Assembly: GCA_965206455.1 (NCBI GenBank) | Contig: CBDBJS010000002.1 | Span: 3,327,779 to 3,391,778 of the forward strand | Direction of reading: 5' to 3' | Length of the DNA: 64,000 nucleotides | DNA from: Longimicrobiales bacterium | GTDB taxonomy: Bacteria; Gemmatimonadota; Gemmatimonadetes; Longimicrobiales; Gaopeijiaceae | In this document: positions 37,340-45,331 of the stretch, piece by piece | Layout of the letters: each line of letters begins with the position of its first letter | Numbering within the stretch: position 1 is the first letter of the stretch | Made by a program: the position numbers and the translations under genes | The notes under the pieces: model-generated | Seen by the model: only the letters and a program-made list of their open reading frames with translations | The model's database searches: none | What the model was told of the DNA's origin: nothing

Positions 37340-38638
37340 ATGCTCCCCGCCGAGAAGACACATTACCGGAAGGGCTTGGCACTGGGACTAACCCTGGCCG
37401 AGACATTCAGTATCGTCGTCTTCATCCTGCTACTGGCGTGCGCGGTTCTGCTACGGCAGGAGCAGAGGCAACGGGACACGGCCCAAGCGCAACGGGACAC
37501 GGCCCAAGCGCAGCGGGACACGGCCCAAGCGCAGCGGGACACGGCCCAAGCGCAGCGAGACACGGCCCAAGCGCAGCGGGACACGGCGCGAATCGATCTC
37601 TCAATCACTCAGGAGATGCTGCGCGCAGACAGCATTTCCTGGGGGAATGCGGACGCGTGGTTCGACTACGCCAGACGGCTCCGCCAAGAGTTGGAAGCTG
37701 AGCAAGTCCGCGCCGAGACGACCGAAAGGGACCTTGTCCGCGAGAGGGCTCGCGCTTCGGAAGCAGAGGCACTGTTGGCCGCTAGGGCATCGAACGATGA
37801 TCTCGCGGAGCGCACCCTGGAGCAGGCCGCCGAGCTTGATGCGCTGAAGGACTCCGTTTCTGGGAGCGAGCGCCGTTTTAATGAAGTGACAAGCCGCCTG
37901 GATTCACTTGAGACGCGTCTCGCCGAGGCGGAGCAGATCGGCCGACTCGTGCGCGACGGCATCGCGGAGCGCAGAGACCTTAGTCCCGAACAAGCGTGGG
38001 AAGTTGTCGAGCAAGCTGCTCATGCGGAGCGCCTGGCAGATTCCTTGTCGGGCGCCCGACGAACGATCGGTGCCATGGACCGCGAACTGCGGGAGGTCCA
38101 GCAGTTGCTGCACGGTGACACTGCCGCTGCGGTCGATTCACTTCGGACCAGCCTAAGCGACAGCCGCTTCCGCGAAGACACGCTTCGTGGCCGAATCAGA
38201 GACGCCGAGCGGGAGCGCGATGACGCAATAGGCCGGGCCGAGTACCGCGAAACCCAACTTCAACAGTTGCGGCAAGGGTCCGGAATCGATCCTCCCCCGT
38301 GCTGGCTGGACGGAGAGGGCAGTCCCGAGTACATCTTCCGCATCGAGTTAATGGACAGAGGCATGAGACTGTTCAACATCGCGCCTGAGCGACGCGTCAA
38401 CAGCGATCCCGAGGCAATGAGGTATGCGGCATCGATCGAGGACGGACGCATCTACGCTCCTGCCGAGTTTCTACGCCTTGCCTTGCCGTTCTACTCTATG
38501 GGCACGGCCCGAACCGAGGCATTCGGTCCGATGGGCTGCCGATTCTGGATTCGACCCGTTGACCTCACGGGCGACCGCAAGGACATTTTCCAGGAGCGAC
38601 AGGAGCAGCTGTGGCGGCGTTTCTGGTTCCGATGGTAG
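37340..38638 (+). CDS. Gene D: MotB/ExbD/TolR-like single-TM protein with long coiled coil and unknown C-terminal domain
   Basis: The TM helix LTLAETFSIVVFILLLACAVLL has an embedded acidic residue. It is followed by (QRDTAQA)x5 and ~250 aa of coiled-coil-like sequence, then a ~120-aa domain with two Cys (PPPCWLDG, PMGCRFW). Confidence 0.5.
   Translation: MLPAEKTHYRKGLALGLTLAETFSIVVFILLLACAVLLRQEQRQRDTAQAQRDTAQAQRDTAQAQRDTAQAQRDTAQAQRDTARIDLSITQEMLRADSISWGNADAWFDYARRLRQELEAEQVRAETTERDLVRERARASEAEALLAARASNDDLAERTLEQAAELDALKDSVSGSERRFNEVTSRLDSLETRLAEAEQIGRLVRDGIAERRDLSPEQAWEVVEQAAHAERLADSLSGARRTIGAMDRELREVQQLLHGDTAAAVDSLRTSLSDSRFREDTLRGRIRDAERERDDAIGRAEYRETQLQQLRQGSGIDPPPCWLDGEGSPEYIFRIELMDRGMRLFNIAPERRVNSDPEAMRYAASIEDGRIYAPAEFLRLALPFYSMGTARTEAFGPMGCRFWIRPVDLTGDRKDIFQERQEQLWRRFWFRW
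37469..37590 (+). repeat. Tandem repeat: 5 full plus 1 partial copies of a 21-bp unit CA(A/G)CG(G/A)GACACGGCCCAAGCG
   Basis: Units at 37469, 37490, 37511, 37532 and 37553, with a partial unit at 37574. Full units differ only at positions 3 and 6. In frame they encode QRDTAQA heptads inside gene D. Confidence 0.95.
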
Positions 38639-38716
38639 GTGCACTCAAATGAAACCAGACTGCGAAAGCACTCGGCGGTGGAAGCCATCGCGACGTAGCG
38701 GCTGCCCCTGCATGTC

Positions 38717-40330
38717 ATGAGCGGCCACTGGGGATTCTACGGGCGCCACGAAGAACTCGGAGGTCTGGTACGCGCCCTCCGGGCCGATCGCTGGTTCTTC
38801 GGCGCGATCCGCGGGCGCCGACGTGTAGGCAAGACCGAACTCGCGCACCGAGCTCTCGACACGGTCCGGGCAGAAGACCCCGGCCGCCCCATCCTGTACC
38901 TGCAGCTCGTGGACGAATCCGAGTCGGGCATGGCAACCCGTTTCCGCCGGGCTATTGCTGCGGAGCCCTCCCTGGATCCCGCCACGATCGACCTCGACGA
39001 TCTCAGGGACCATCACGGCGTCGCGAACGCCGTCGGCCGGATCTGCGCGGCGCACGGGATCGTGGTTCTGGACGAGTTCCAGGTGTGTCATCGGGGGCCG
39101 CTACGTCCCCTGGCTTCCTCGCTTCAGTTCGAGGTGGACAACCTGCAGCGTCGCGACCGCCGGGGCGCGCTGATTCTCCTGGGGTCGGTGCAAACCGAGA
39201 TGGAAGAACTGTTGCACGGCCAGCGGTCGCCCCTGTTCGGGCGCGCCACCTATTCGCTCACCCTTCGGCCTTGGCGCATCGCCACGACACTGAATGTCGC
39301 CGGTCGCCATCGCGGTGCCGACCCGCACCGCTTCCTCACACTGTGGACGCTGTTCGATGGTGTTCCGAAGTATTGGCGGCACTTCGCGGGTCTTACTGGC
39401 AGCCTCCCGGGGCAAGGTAATGACAGGTGGACCATGGACTTGGCCAACCGGCTCTTCCTCGCGCCGGACGCCCTGCTGCGCGACGAAGGGGAAGTCCTCC
39501 TGGGACGCGAGCTCCAGGGCGACAGCCTGCGCATCCTGCGCGAGGTCGCGACGCGGCGTTTCTCGACCCTTCCCCGTCTGCGGCGGGTCTTCCCCGGCCT
39601 GGCGGATCTCGAAGAGCGCCTCGAAGCGCTGGTCTTGGACTTGCGCCTGGTGGGTCAACGCATGCCGATGTTTCGCGGCAACCGTCAGGCCGCCCGGTAC
39701 GTCGTTTCCGATCCGTTCCTACGAGCCTGGCTGAACGTTTTCGAGTCCGCCGCAGGCAGGGCGCAGGTGCGCCAAGCGCACGGTATCGACAAAGCACTGC
39801 TTCGAGACTTGCGCACTCTGGAGGCCTACGCCTTCGAAGAAATCGTGCGGGAGGCGAGCCATCAGGCCTCGCGACTGGGTGCGGACGACTTCCCGCTTAC
39901 GGAACTGGCAGGCGGTTACTGGAACAGGCCGGAAGCCGGAGGCGACATCGAGATCGACTACATCGCGTGGAACGCGGACGAGGTCAGGGTTCGCTTCGGG
40001 TCTTGCAAACGCAATGCGCACGCGCATGACGAAGCCTCGCTGAACCGCTTTCGTGGCCATGTGGACCGATATCTCAACACGGACCACGGTCGGCGCTTCC
40101 GTGACGCCCACACCGAATACGCGCTGTTCTCGCCCGTCTTCGAGCTCGACCAGCGGTCCGCGCTGGAAGGAGGCGGCTGGATCTGCCGGGACCTTTCGGA
40201 CTTCCGGCGGATGCTTTCCCTACCCCTCAAACCAACATCCCGTCCGCAACCACCTCCACCGTCGCAGGCCCGTTGTACGCCAACGCCTGCGCCAGCGCGT
40301 CGTCCAGCTCGCTCGCATCCCGCACCCTGA
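38717..40330 (+). CDS. Gene E: Arch_ATPase (PF01637-type) P-loop ATPase with DUF234 PD-(D/E)xK-like C-terminus
   Basis: FYGRHEELGGL...GRRRVGKTEL (Walker A), VVLDEFQ (Walker B), and the C-terminal GDIEIDYIAW...VRFGSCKR nuclease-like motif. The last ~40 aa are Pro-rich and overlap the convergent gene by 104 nt. Confidence 0.8.
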   Translation: MSGHWGFYGRHEELGGLVRALRADRWFFGAIRGRRRVGKTELAHRALDTVRAEDPGRPILYLQLVDESESGMATRFRRAIAAEPSLDPATIDLDDLRDHHGVANAVGRICAAHGIVVLDEFQVCHRGPLRPLASSLQFEVDNLQRRDRRGALILLGSVQTEMEELLHGQRSPLFGRATYSLTLRPWRIATTLNVAGRHRGADPHRFLTLWTLFDGVPKYWRHFAGLTGSLPGQGNDRWTMDLANRLFLAPDALLRDEGEVLLGRELQGDSLRILREVATRRFSTLPRLRRVFPGLADLEERLEALVLDLRLVGQRMPMFRGNRQAARYVVSDPFLRAWLNVFESAAGRAQVRQAHGIDKALLRDLRTLEAYAFEEIVREASHQASRLGADDFPLTELAGGYWNRPEAGGDIEIDYIAWNADEVRVRFGSCKRNAHAHDEASLNRFRGHVDRYLNTDHGRRFRDAHTEYALFSPVFELDQRSALEGGGWICRDLSDFRRMLSLPLKPTSRPQPPPPSQARCTPTPAPARRPARSHPAP

Positions 40331-42272
40331 CCCCGAACGCCCCGCACAGCTTCGCGTACTCGGAAAAATCCGGGTTGTGCAGCGACGTCTGCCACACGTC
40401 CAGGCTGCCCGCGCGCTGCTCCTTGGAGATCTTGCCCAGCTCGTCGTTGTTGAGGACCAGGTGGGTGATGTTCATGCCGTACTTGACGGCTGTGGTGATC
40501 TCGGCCAGGTACTGCCCGTAGCCCCCGTCGCCGGAGACTGCGACCACCTGACGTCCGGTGAAGGGGGTCCCCTCTTCCCGGGTCGCCGCCCAGGCGCCGA
40601 GCGCCGCGGGGTAGGCGAAGCCGATGGAGCCGAGATACCCCGACATGAGGACCGCCTGGCGCCGGCATTCGAAGTAGCGGCCGAACGAATAGGCGTTGTT
40701 GCCGACGTCGATGGTGAGGATCGCGTTGTCGTCGACCGCGCGGGTCAGCGCCGCGAAGATCGCCGCCGAGTTGACGCCCTCCCCCCGGTCGTCCGCTACG
40801 CGCCGCGCCTTCTCGGCCCGCCAGATACGCCACCGGTCCGCGATCTCGCCGCGGTGGTCCGCCGACGCCGCGCCATCTTCGGCCACGGCCCGCGCGAGCA
40901 GGTCCACCGTGATCCCGATCTCGCCCCAGACGGGCACGTCCACCGCGTGGAATTTCCCCAGCGCCATCGGATCGAAGTCGACCTGGATCGTGGGCTTCTT
41001 GTCCGTGATGCCCGTGTGATTGGAGAAGCTGGCACCGAGCACGAGCAGCAGATCGCTCTCGTTCATGAACCAGCTCGCGATCGGGGTGCCGCTCCTTCCC
41101 AGGACGCCGCAGCCGAGCGGATGCGTGTCCGAGATCAACCCTTTTGCCTTGAATGTGGTCACAACCGGGCAGTTGAGGCGTTCCGCCAGCGCCGTGATCC
41201 GGTCCATGTTGAAGCGGGCCCCGTGGCCAACGATGATCACCGGTCGCTCGGCGCCCTTGAGCAAGGTCGTCGCCTCTTCAAGGGCGTCCGCAGGCGGCGC
41301 AATGGTCCTTCGGGTCAGTCTGCCCGCAGGTCCTCCCGGCCCGCTCCCCTCGTCGGCCGGCAGCACCTGAACCTCGTCGGGGAAGATGAGGTGGGACACG
41401 CCCCGGTTCAGGATCGCGCTCTTGCACGCCAGGTTGATCAGCTCGGCGTGCTTGCTGGAGTGAAGAACCGGCTGGCTCCACTGGGCGACCTTGCCGAAGG
41501 CGGCCTGAAGGTCCACCTCCTGGAACGCCCCGGGCCCCAGCACCTGGGTGTCGACCTGCCCGGTCAGCGCGAGGACGGGGGAGCGGTCCACGTTGGCGTC
41601 CCAGAGGCCGGTCAGGAGATTCGTCGCCCCGGGCCCCGCAATGGACAGACAGGCCGCCGGCCTCCCGGTGAGCTTGCCGTACGCTGACGCGGCAAAGGAC
41701 GCAGCGCCCTCGTGACGGATCCCCACGAAGGTCATCTCTCCCGCCTCTTCCCGCCGTCGGATGGCGTCGGCCAGCCCCAGGTTGGAGTGCCCCACCATCC
41801 CCCACACCCACCGCACCCCCCAGTTCACCATGGACTTCGCCATCACATCGGACACCGTCTCGACATGCAGTTCGTCTTCGGGCAACCCGACGTAGATCCC
41901 ATCCTCCCGCACCTCCACCTTGTAGGTTGCGACCCCGTCGTCGTACCCTCCCGGCGGCTTTCCCGTCAGCGGATGGAAGTCCCAGCCGTGCCAGGGGCAG
42001 CGCAGCCAGCCGTTCTCGATCGAGCCTTCACCAAGGGGCCCGCCCTGGTGCGGGCACTTGTTGTCCAGCGCGGCATAGATGCCCTTGTGGCGTGTCATGC
42101 AGACGGTCTTGCGGCCGCAGCTGACGGCCTGCACGCGGCCCTCGGGCAACTCGTCGGGAGCGAGGACTCTGAGCCAGCGGACCCGGCCGCCACCCGGAGC
42201 GGCAGCGGAGGAGCCGTTGCCGGTTGCGGAAGGAGACTGGTCGACGTCGGAACGGCCGGAAGGATCTGACAT
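40227..42272 (-). CDS. Rieske [2Fe-2S] domain fused to a thiamine-pyrophosphate enzyme (acetolactate synthase/pyruvate oxidase-like)
   Basis: Start at ATG 42272. Rieske motifs CPHQGGPL and CPWHGWDF. TPP enzyme N-domain GHSNLGLADA...IAGPGATNL. TPP-binding GDGGYGQY...LNNDELG. Confidence 0.85.
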   Translation of the reverse strand: MSDPSGRSDVDQSPSATGNGSSAAAPGGGRVRWLRVLAPDELPEGRVQAVSCGRKTVCMTRHKGIYAALDNKCPHQGGPLGEGSIENGWLRCPWHGWDFHPLTGKPPGGYDDGVATYKVEVREDGIYVGLPEDELHVETVSDVMAKSMVNWGVRWVWGMVGHSNLGLADAIRRREEAGEMTFVGIRHEGAASFAASAYGKLTGRPAACLSIAGPGATNLLTGLWDANVDRSPVLALTGQVDTQVLGPGAFQEVDLQAAFGKVAQWSQPVLHSSKHAELINLACKSAILNRGVSHLIFPDEVQVLPADEGSGPGGPAGRLTRRTIAPPADALEEATTLLKGAERPVIIVGHGARFNMDRITALAERLNCPVVTTFKAKGLISDTHPLGCGVLGRSGTPIASWFMNESDLLLVLGASFSNHTGITDKKPTIQVDFDPMALGKFHAVDVPVWGEIGITVDLLARAVAEDGAASADHRGEIADRWRIWRAEKARRVADDRGEGVNSAAIFAALTRAVDDNAILTIDVGNNAYSFGRYFECRRQAVLMSGYLGSIGFAYPAALGAWAATREEGTPFTGRQVVAVSGDGGYGQYLAEITTAVKYGMNITHLVLNNDELGKISKEQRAGSLDVWQTSLHNPDFSEYAKLCGAFGVRVRDASELDDALAQALAYNGPATVEVVADGMLV

Positions 42273-42520
42273 GGGAGCGGTTCTCCATGGGTTCGCGGGG
42301 GCGGCAGCACAATACGATACCCACACGCACCAGGACAGGTTCACGACCGGTCATCGGGCCCCCGGCGACCCAGGCGAAGCCGCGCGGGCTTGATTCTTGC
42401 CCCCGAACCTCGGAACATGCATCATTCCAGCATGACTGGATCCGATCTCGTCCGAGACCGGAATCGCCCCTCCGAACCGAACAACGCCTCCCCACCCATG
42501 ACAGGGCGAAGACGAACACG

Positions 42521-43546
42521 ATGAAACTAGACCGCGAACAGGTGCAACACTGGAAGAAAGTCCTGTCGCCGTACTTCGGTCCCGACGACCGCCGAAGTGC
42601 CTGGCAGATGGGCTACACCACCGTCCTCTTCATGGGCGTGTGGGCTCTCATGTACTGGAGCCTCGGTGTGGGCTACTGGCTCACCCTTTTCCTGGCCTTC
42701 CCCACCGCCGGACTGCTCATGCGGCTCTTCATGTTCCAGCACGACTGCGGGCACGGGTCGTACTTCAAATCCCACCGCCTGGCGTGCGTGGCGGGCTCCG
42801 TGATCGGGGTGCTCACCCTTACTCCGTACCACTACTGGCGGAAGACCCACGCACTCCATCATGCGCATGCGGGCGACCTCGATCTGCGCTCCTTCGGGGA
42901 CATTACCACGGTCACGGTCAAGGAGTACGAGGCGATGTCCTCCAAGCAACGCTCCTGGTACCGGCTCTACCGCAACCCGGTGTTCCTCTTCGGCTTCGCC
43001 GCCGCGTTTCAGTTCATCGTCAAGCACCGATTCCCGTGGGATGTGCCCAAGGACTGGAAGCGTGAGTGGAAGTCCGTGTGGTGGACCAACGCGGCCCTCG
43101 TCACCATCATCGGCGGAGCCTGGTTCACAATCGGCATCGGCCCCCTGTTGATGATTCAGCTCCCGATCACCCTCATTTCGTGCGCGATCGGAGTGTGGCT
43201 CTTCTACGTGCAACACCAGTTCGAGGAAGCGTACTGGCACCGGCACGAGGACTGGAACTACTTCGACGCCGGTCTTCACGGCTCGTCCTTCCTGAAGCTC
43301 CCCAAGGTGCTGCAGTGGTTCACGGCCAACATCGGCCTCCACCATGTCCACCACCTGAGCGCCCGCATCCCCAACTACCGGCTCCAGCGTTGCCACGACG
43401 AAAACCCGGAGCTGTGGGAGGCCCCGCGCATGACCCTGTGGGACGGACTCAAGACCCTGCACCTGTCTCTCTGGGATGAGGGACGCCGCAGGCTGATCTC
43501 GTTCCGGGAATACCGGCGGCTGCAGACGGCGGAGGCGCACTCTTGA
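42521..43546 (+). CDS. Membrane fatty-acid desaturase
   Basis: Three His boxes (HDCGH, HALHHAH, HHVHHL) with four TM helices. Start at ATG 42521. Confidence 0.9.
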   Translation: MKLDREQVQHWKKVLSPYFGPDDRRSAWQMGYTTVLFMGVWALMYWSLGVGYWLTLFLAFPTAGLLMRLFMFQHDCGHGSYFKSHRLACVAGSVIGVLTLTPYHYWRKTHALHHAHAGDLDLRSFGDITTVTVKEYEAMSSKQRSWYRLYRNPVFLFGFAAAFQFIVKHRFPWDVPKDWKREWKSVWWTNAALVTIIGGAWFTIGIGPLLMIQLPITLISCAIGVWLFYVQHQFEEAYWHRHEDWNYFDAGLHGSSFLKLPKVLQWFTANIGLHHVHHLSARIPNYRLQRCHDENPELWEAPRMTLWDGLKTLHLSLWDEGRRRLISFREYRRLQTAEAHS

Positions 43547-44004
43547 TCCTCGGCGCGCGCTCTGTCCGGCGTGCAATCGTGGGGCTGGTCGTCTCGACGG
43601 CCGTTCTCGGAGGATGCGGGGACGGCATAACCGCTATCGAAGATACCGAGTTCGCGGCTTCGCTCGGGATCAATCTGGCGGCCATGACGCGGACATCGTC
43701 AGGACTCTACTACCAGGACATCGAGACAGGCGAAGGCGAGCCGGCGACCAGCGGGGACGCCGTGGAGGTCGCCTATACCGGCTGGCTGAGCGACGGCACC
43801 CAGTTCGACAGCGGTTCGCTCACCTTCACTCTCGGAGCGGGACGGGTCGTGGCCGGCTTCGACGAGGGTGTCCAGGGGATGCGCGTCGGTGGCGTGCGCC
43901 GAATCGTCATTCCACCCGCGCTCGGATACGGGAGCCAGGCACGCGGAGCGATCCCCCCCGACTCGATCCTGGTCTTCCGGATCGAGGTGCTGTCGATCGG
44001 CTGA
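43543..44004 (+). CDS. FKBP-type peptidyl-prolyl isomerase lipoprotein
   Basis: Lipobox VLGGCG. YTGWLSDGTQFDS...GFDEGVQGMRVGGVRRIVIPPALGYG is the FKBP core. TTG start overlaps the desaturase stop. Confidence 0.85.
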   Translation: MILGARSVRRAIVGLVVSTAVLGGCGDGITAIEDTEFAASLGINLAAMTRTSSGLYYQDIETGEGEPATSGDAVEVAYTGWLSDGTQFDSGSLTFTLGAGRVVAGFDEGVQGMRVGGVRRIVIPPALGYGSQARGAIPPDSILVFRIEVLSIG

Positions 44005-44042
44005 GGGGGGCCGGACGGGGCACCGCGCCCGCCGTCCCCACC

Positions 44043-44420
44043 CTACACCCCCACCAACTCCCCCAGCACGAACACGTCAGTCAGCAGCGCCCGAATGTGG
44101 ATCGACGCGTTCAGATTGTCGATCAGCTGGGAGGACACGGCGGATTGGGCCGCCACGAGCCGCACGAACGCGCGTGACGCCTCTGCGTCGCGCCGGAGCA
44201 CCGCCAGGGCGGACTCGGTGGCCTCTCCGGCCGGCAAGTGGGCACGAAACGCCGCGTCCAGGCCATCGAGCACCTTGTCGTAACGGCTCAGGTAGTCGCG
44301 CACCTGCGCACCGACCTTGCTTGCCGCGTCGCTGGTCAGCCCCTGAGCCGCGTAGGCGAGGAAGAACTCATAGCCTTCCTCGATGGTGTCGATACGGTCC
44401 TTCAGGTCGTCCCCGGGCAC
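44043..44420 (-). CDS. Hypothetical helical protein, last gene of the oxidoreductase operon
   Basis: 125-aa ORF, 4 nt downstream of the cytochrome b gene on the same strand. No family recognised. Confidence 0.5.
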   Translation of the reverse strand: MPGDDLKDRIDTIEEGYEFFLAYAAQGLTSDAASKVGAQVRDYLSRYDKVLDGLDAAFRAHLPAGEATESALAVLRRDAEASRAFVRLVAAQSAVSSQLIDNLNASIHIRALLTDVFVLGELVGV

Positions 44421-44424
44421 GCGG

Positions 44425-45318
44425 CTACGGGCCCTCCCCGCGGACCTTGTCGCTCACGGCCGCCTGGCCGGTGCCGCCCCCGGACCCGGACGCTTCCAAC
44501 TCCGCCACCGATCCCTGCTCCGTCACCACCCAACGCCCGGGATCGTGATTCTCCAGGTAGCGGTCGCGGTCGATCCAGCCGTTGATCATCGACCAGGTCA
44601 TCCATCGCTTCTCTGGCCGGATTGCGAAGTAGACGTGGGCCATCACGAGGAAAATGAGGCCGATCCCGGACACGCCGTGGATCACGTAGACCCAGCCCCA
44701 CACGGCGTCGCTGAACATGTACGTGTTCTGCGCCCACAGGAAGTTGTCGACCCTGAACATCATGAGGACGCCCGTGACGACCGCACCGAACGTCACCACC
44801 ATGGCGGCGTGGTGGAACATTTTCTGGTCGATCGGATACTTGCCGGATCGCGGCCGCTTGGTCCCCGGCCTCCCCAGCGCGGCCTCAAGCCCCTGCTTCC
44901 CTTCGGCGATGTCGCGGCGGTCGATCCACATCGCCCAGAAGTCCTGGTTCGCGAAGACGTGGTAGATGTGGTAGATGACCGTCAGGATCAGCGCGACGCC
45001 CGCGATCCAGTGGATGGTGACCCAGGCAAACCGGATCCCGACCAGGGGGAAGAAGGCCGTGATCAGGAGCACGAACATGGCGACCGACATCGACCAGTGG
45101 AAGACGCGCGCTCCGGGCGTGTGACGCTGGAGCTTTTCGGGCAGGCCCTTCGCCTCGTTCTCGTCGATCTCGCCGGCTGCGACCTTCTTGGGGACCATGA
45201 GCGCGTGGCCCACCACGAAGATCGCCCCGATGATCACCGCGGCCCAGATCAGGTCCCACGAGACACCGATGGGGACATCTTCGCCCCAGGGGTTCAGGGC
45301 ACGCCGAAGGAATTCCAT
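44425..45318 (-). CDS. Membrane cytochrome b (FdnI/PhsC-like di-haem b subunit)
   Basis: The RVFHWSMSVAMFVLLITAF and HWIAGVALILTVIYHIYH helices carry conserved His ligands. 4-5 TM helices. Confidence 0.7.
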   Translation of the reverse strand: MEFLRRALNPWGEDVPIGVSWDLIWAAVIIGAIFVVGHALMVPKKVAAGEIDENEAKGLPEKLQRHTPGARVFHWSMSVAMFVLLITAFFPLVGIRFAWVTIHWIAGVALILTVIYHIYHVFANQDFWAMWIDRRDIAEGKQGLEAALGRPGTKRPRSGKYPIDQKMFHHAAMVVTFGAVVTGVLMMFRVDNFLWAQNTYMFSDAVWGWVYVIHGVSGIGLIFLVMAHVYFAIRPEKRWMTWSMINGWIDRDRYLENHDPGRWVVTEQGSVAELEASGSGGGTGQAAVSDKVRGEGP

Positions 45319-45331
45319 GGGTTATCGTCTC

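Noticed and set aside
37469-37590. Possible CRISPR-like array
   Set aside because: The units are contiguous 21-mers with no spacers, and they are in frame inside a long ORF. This is a coding tandem repeat.
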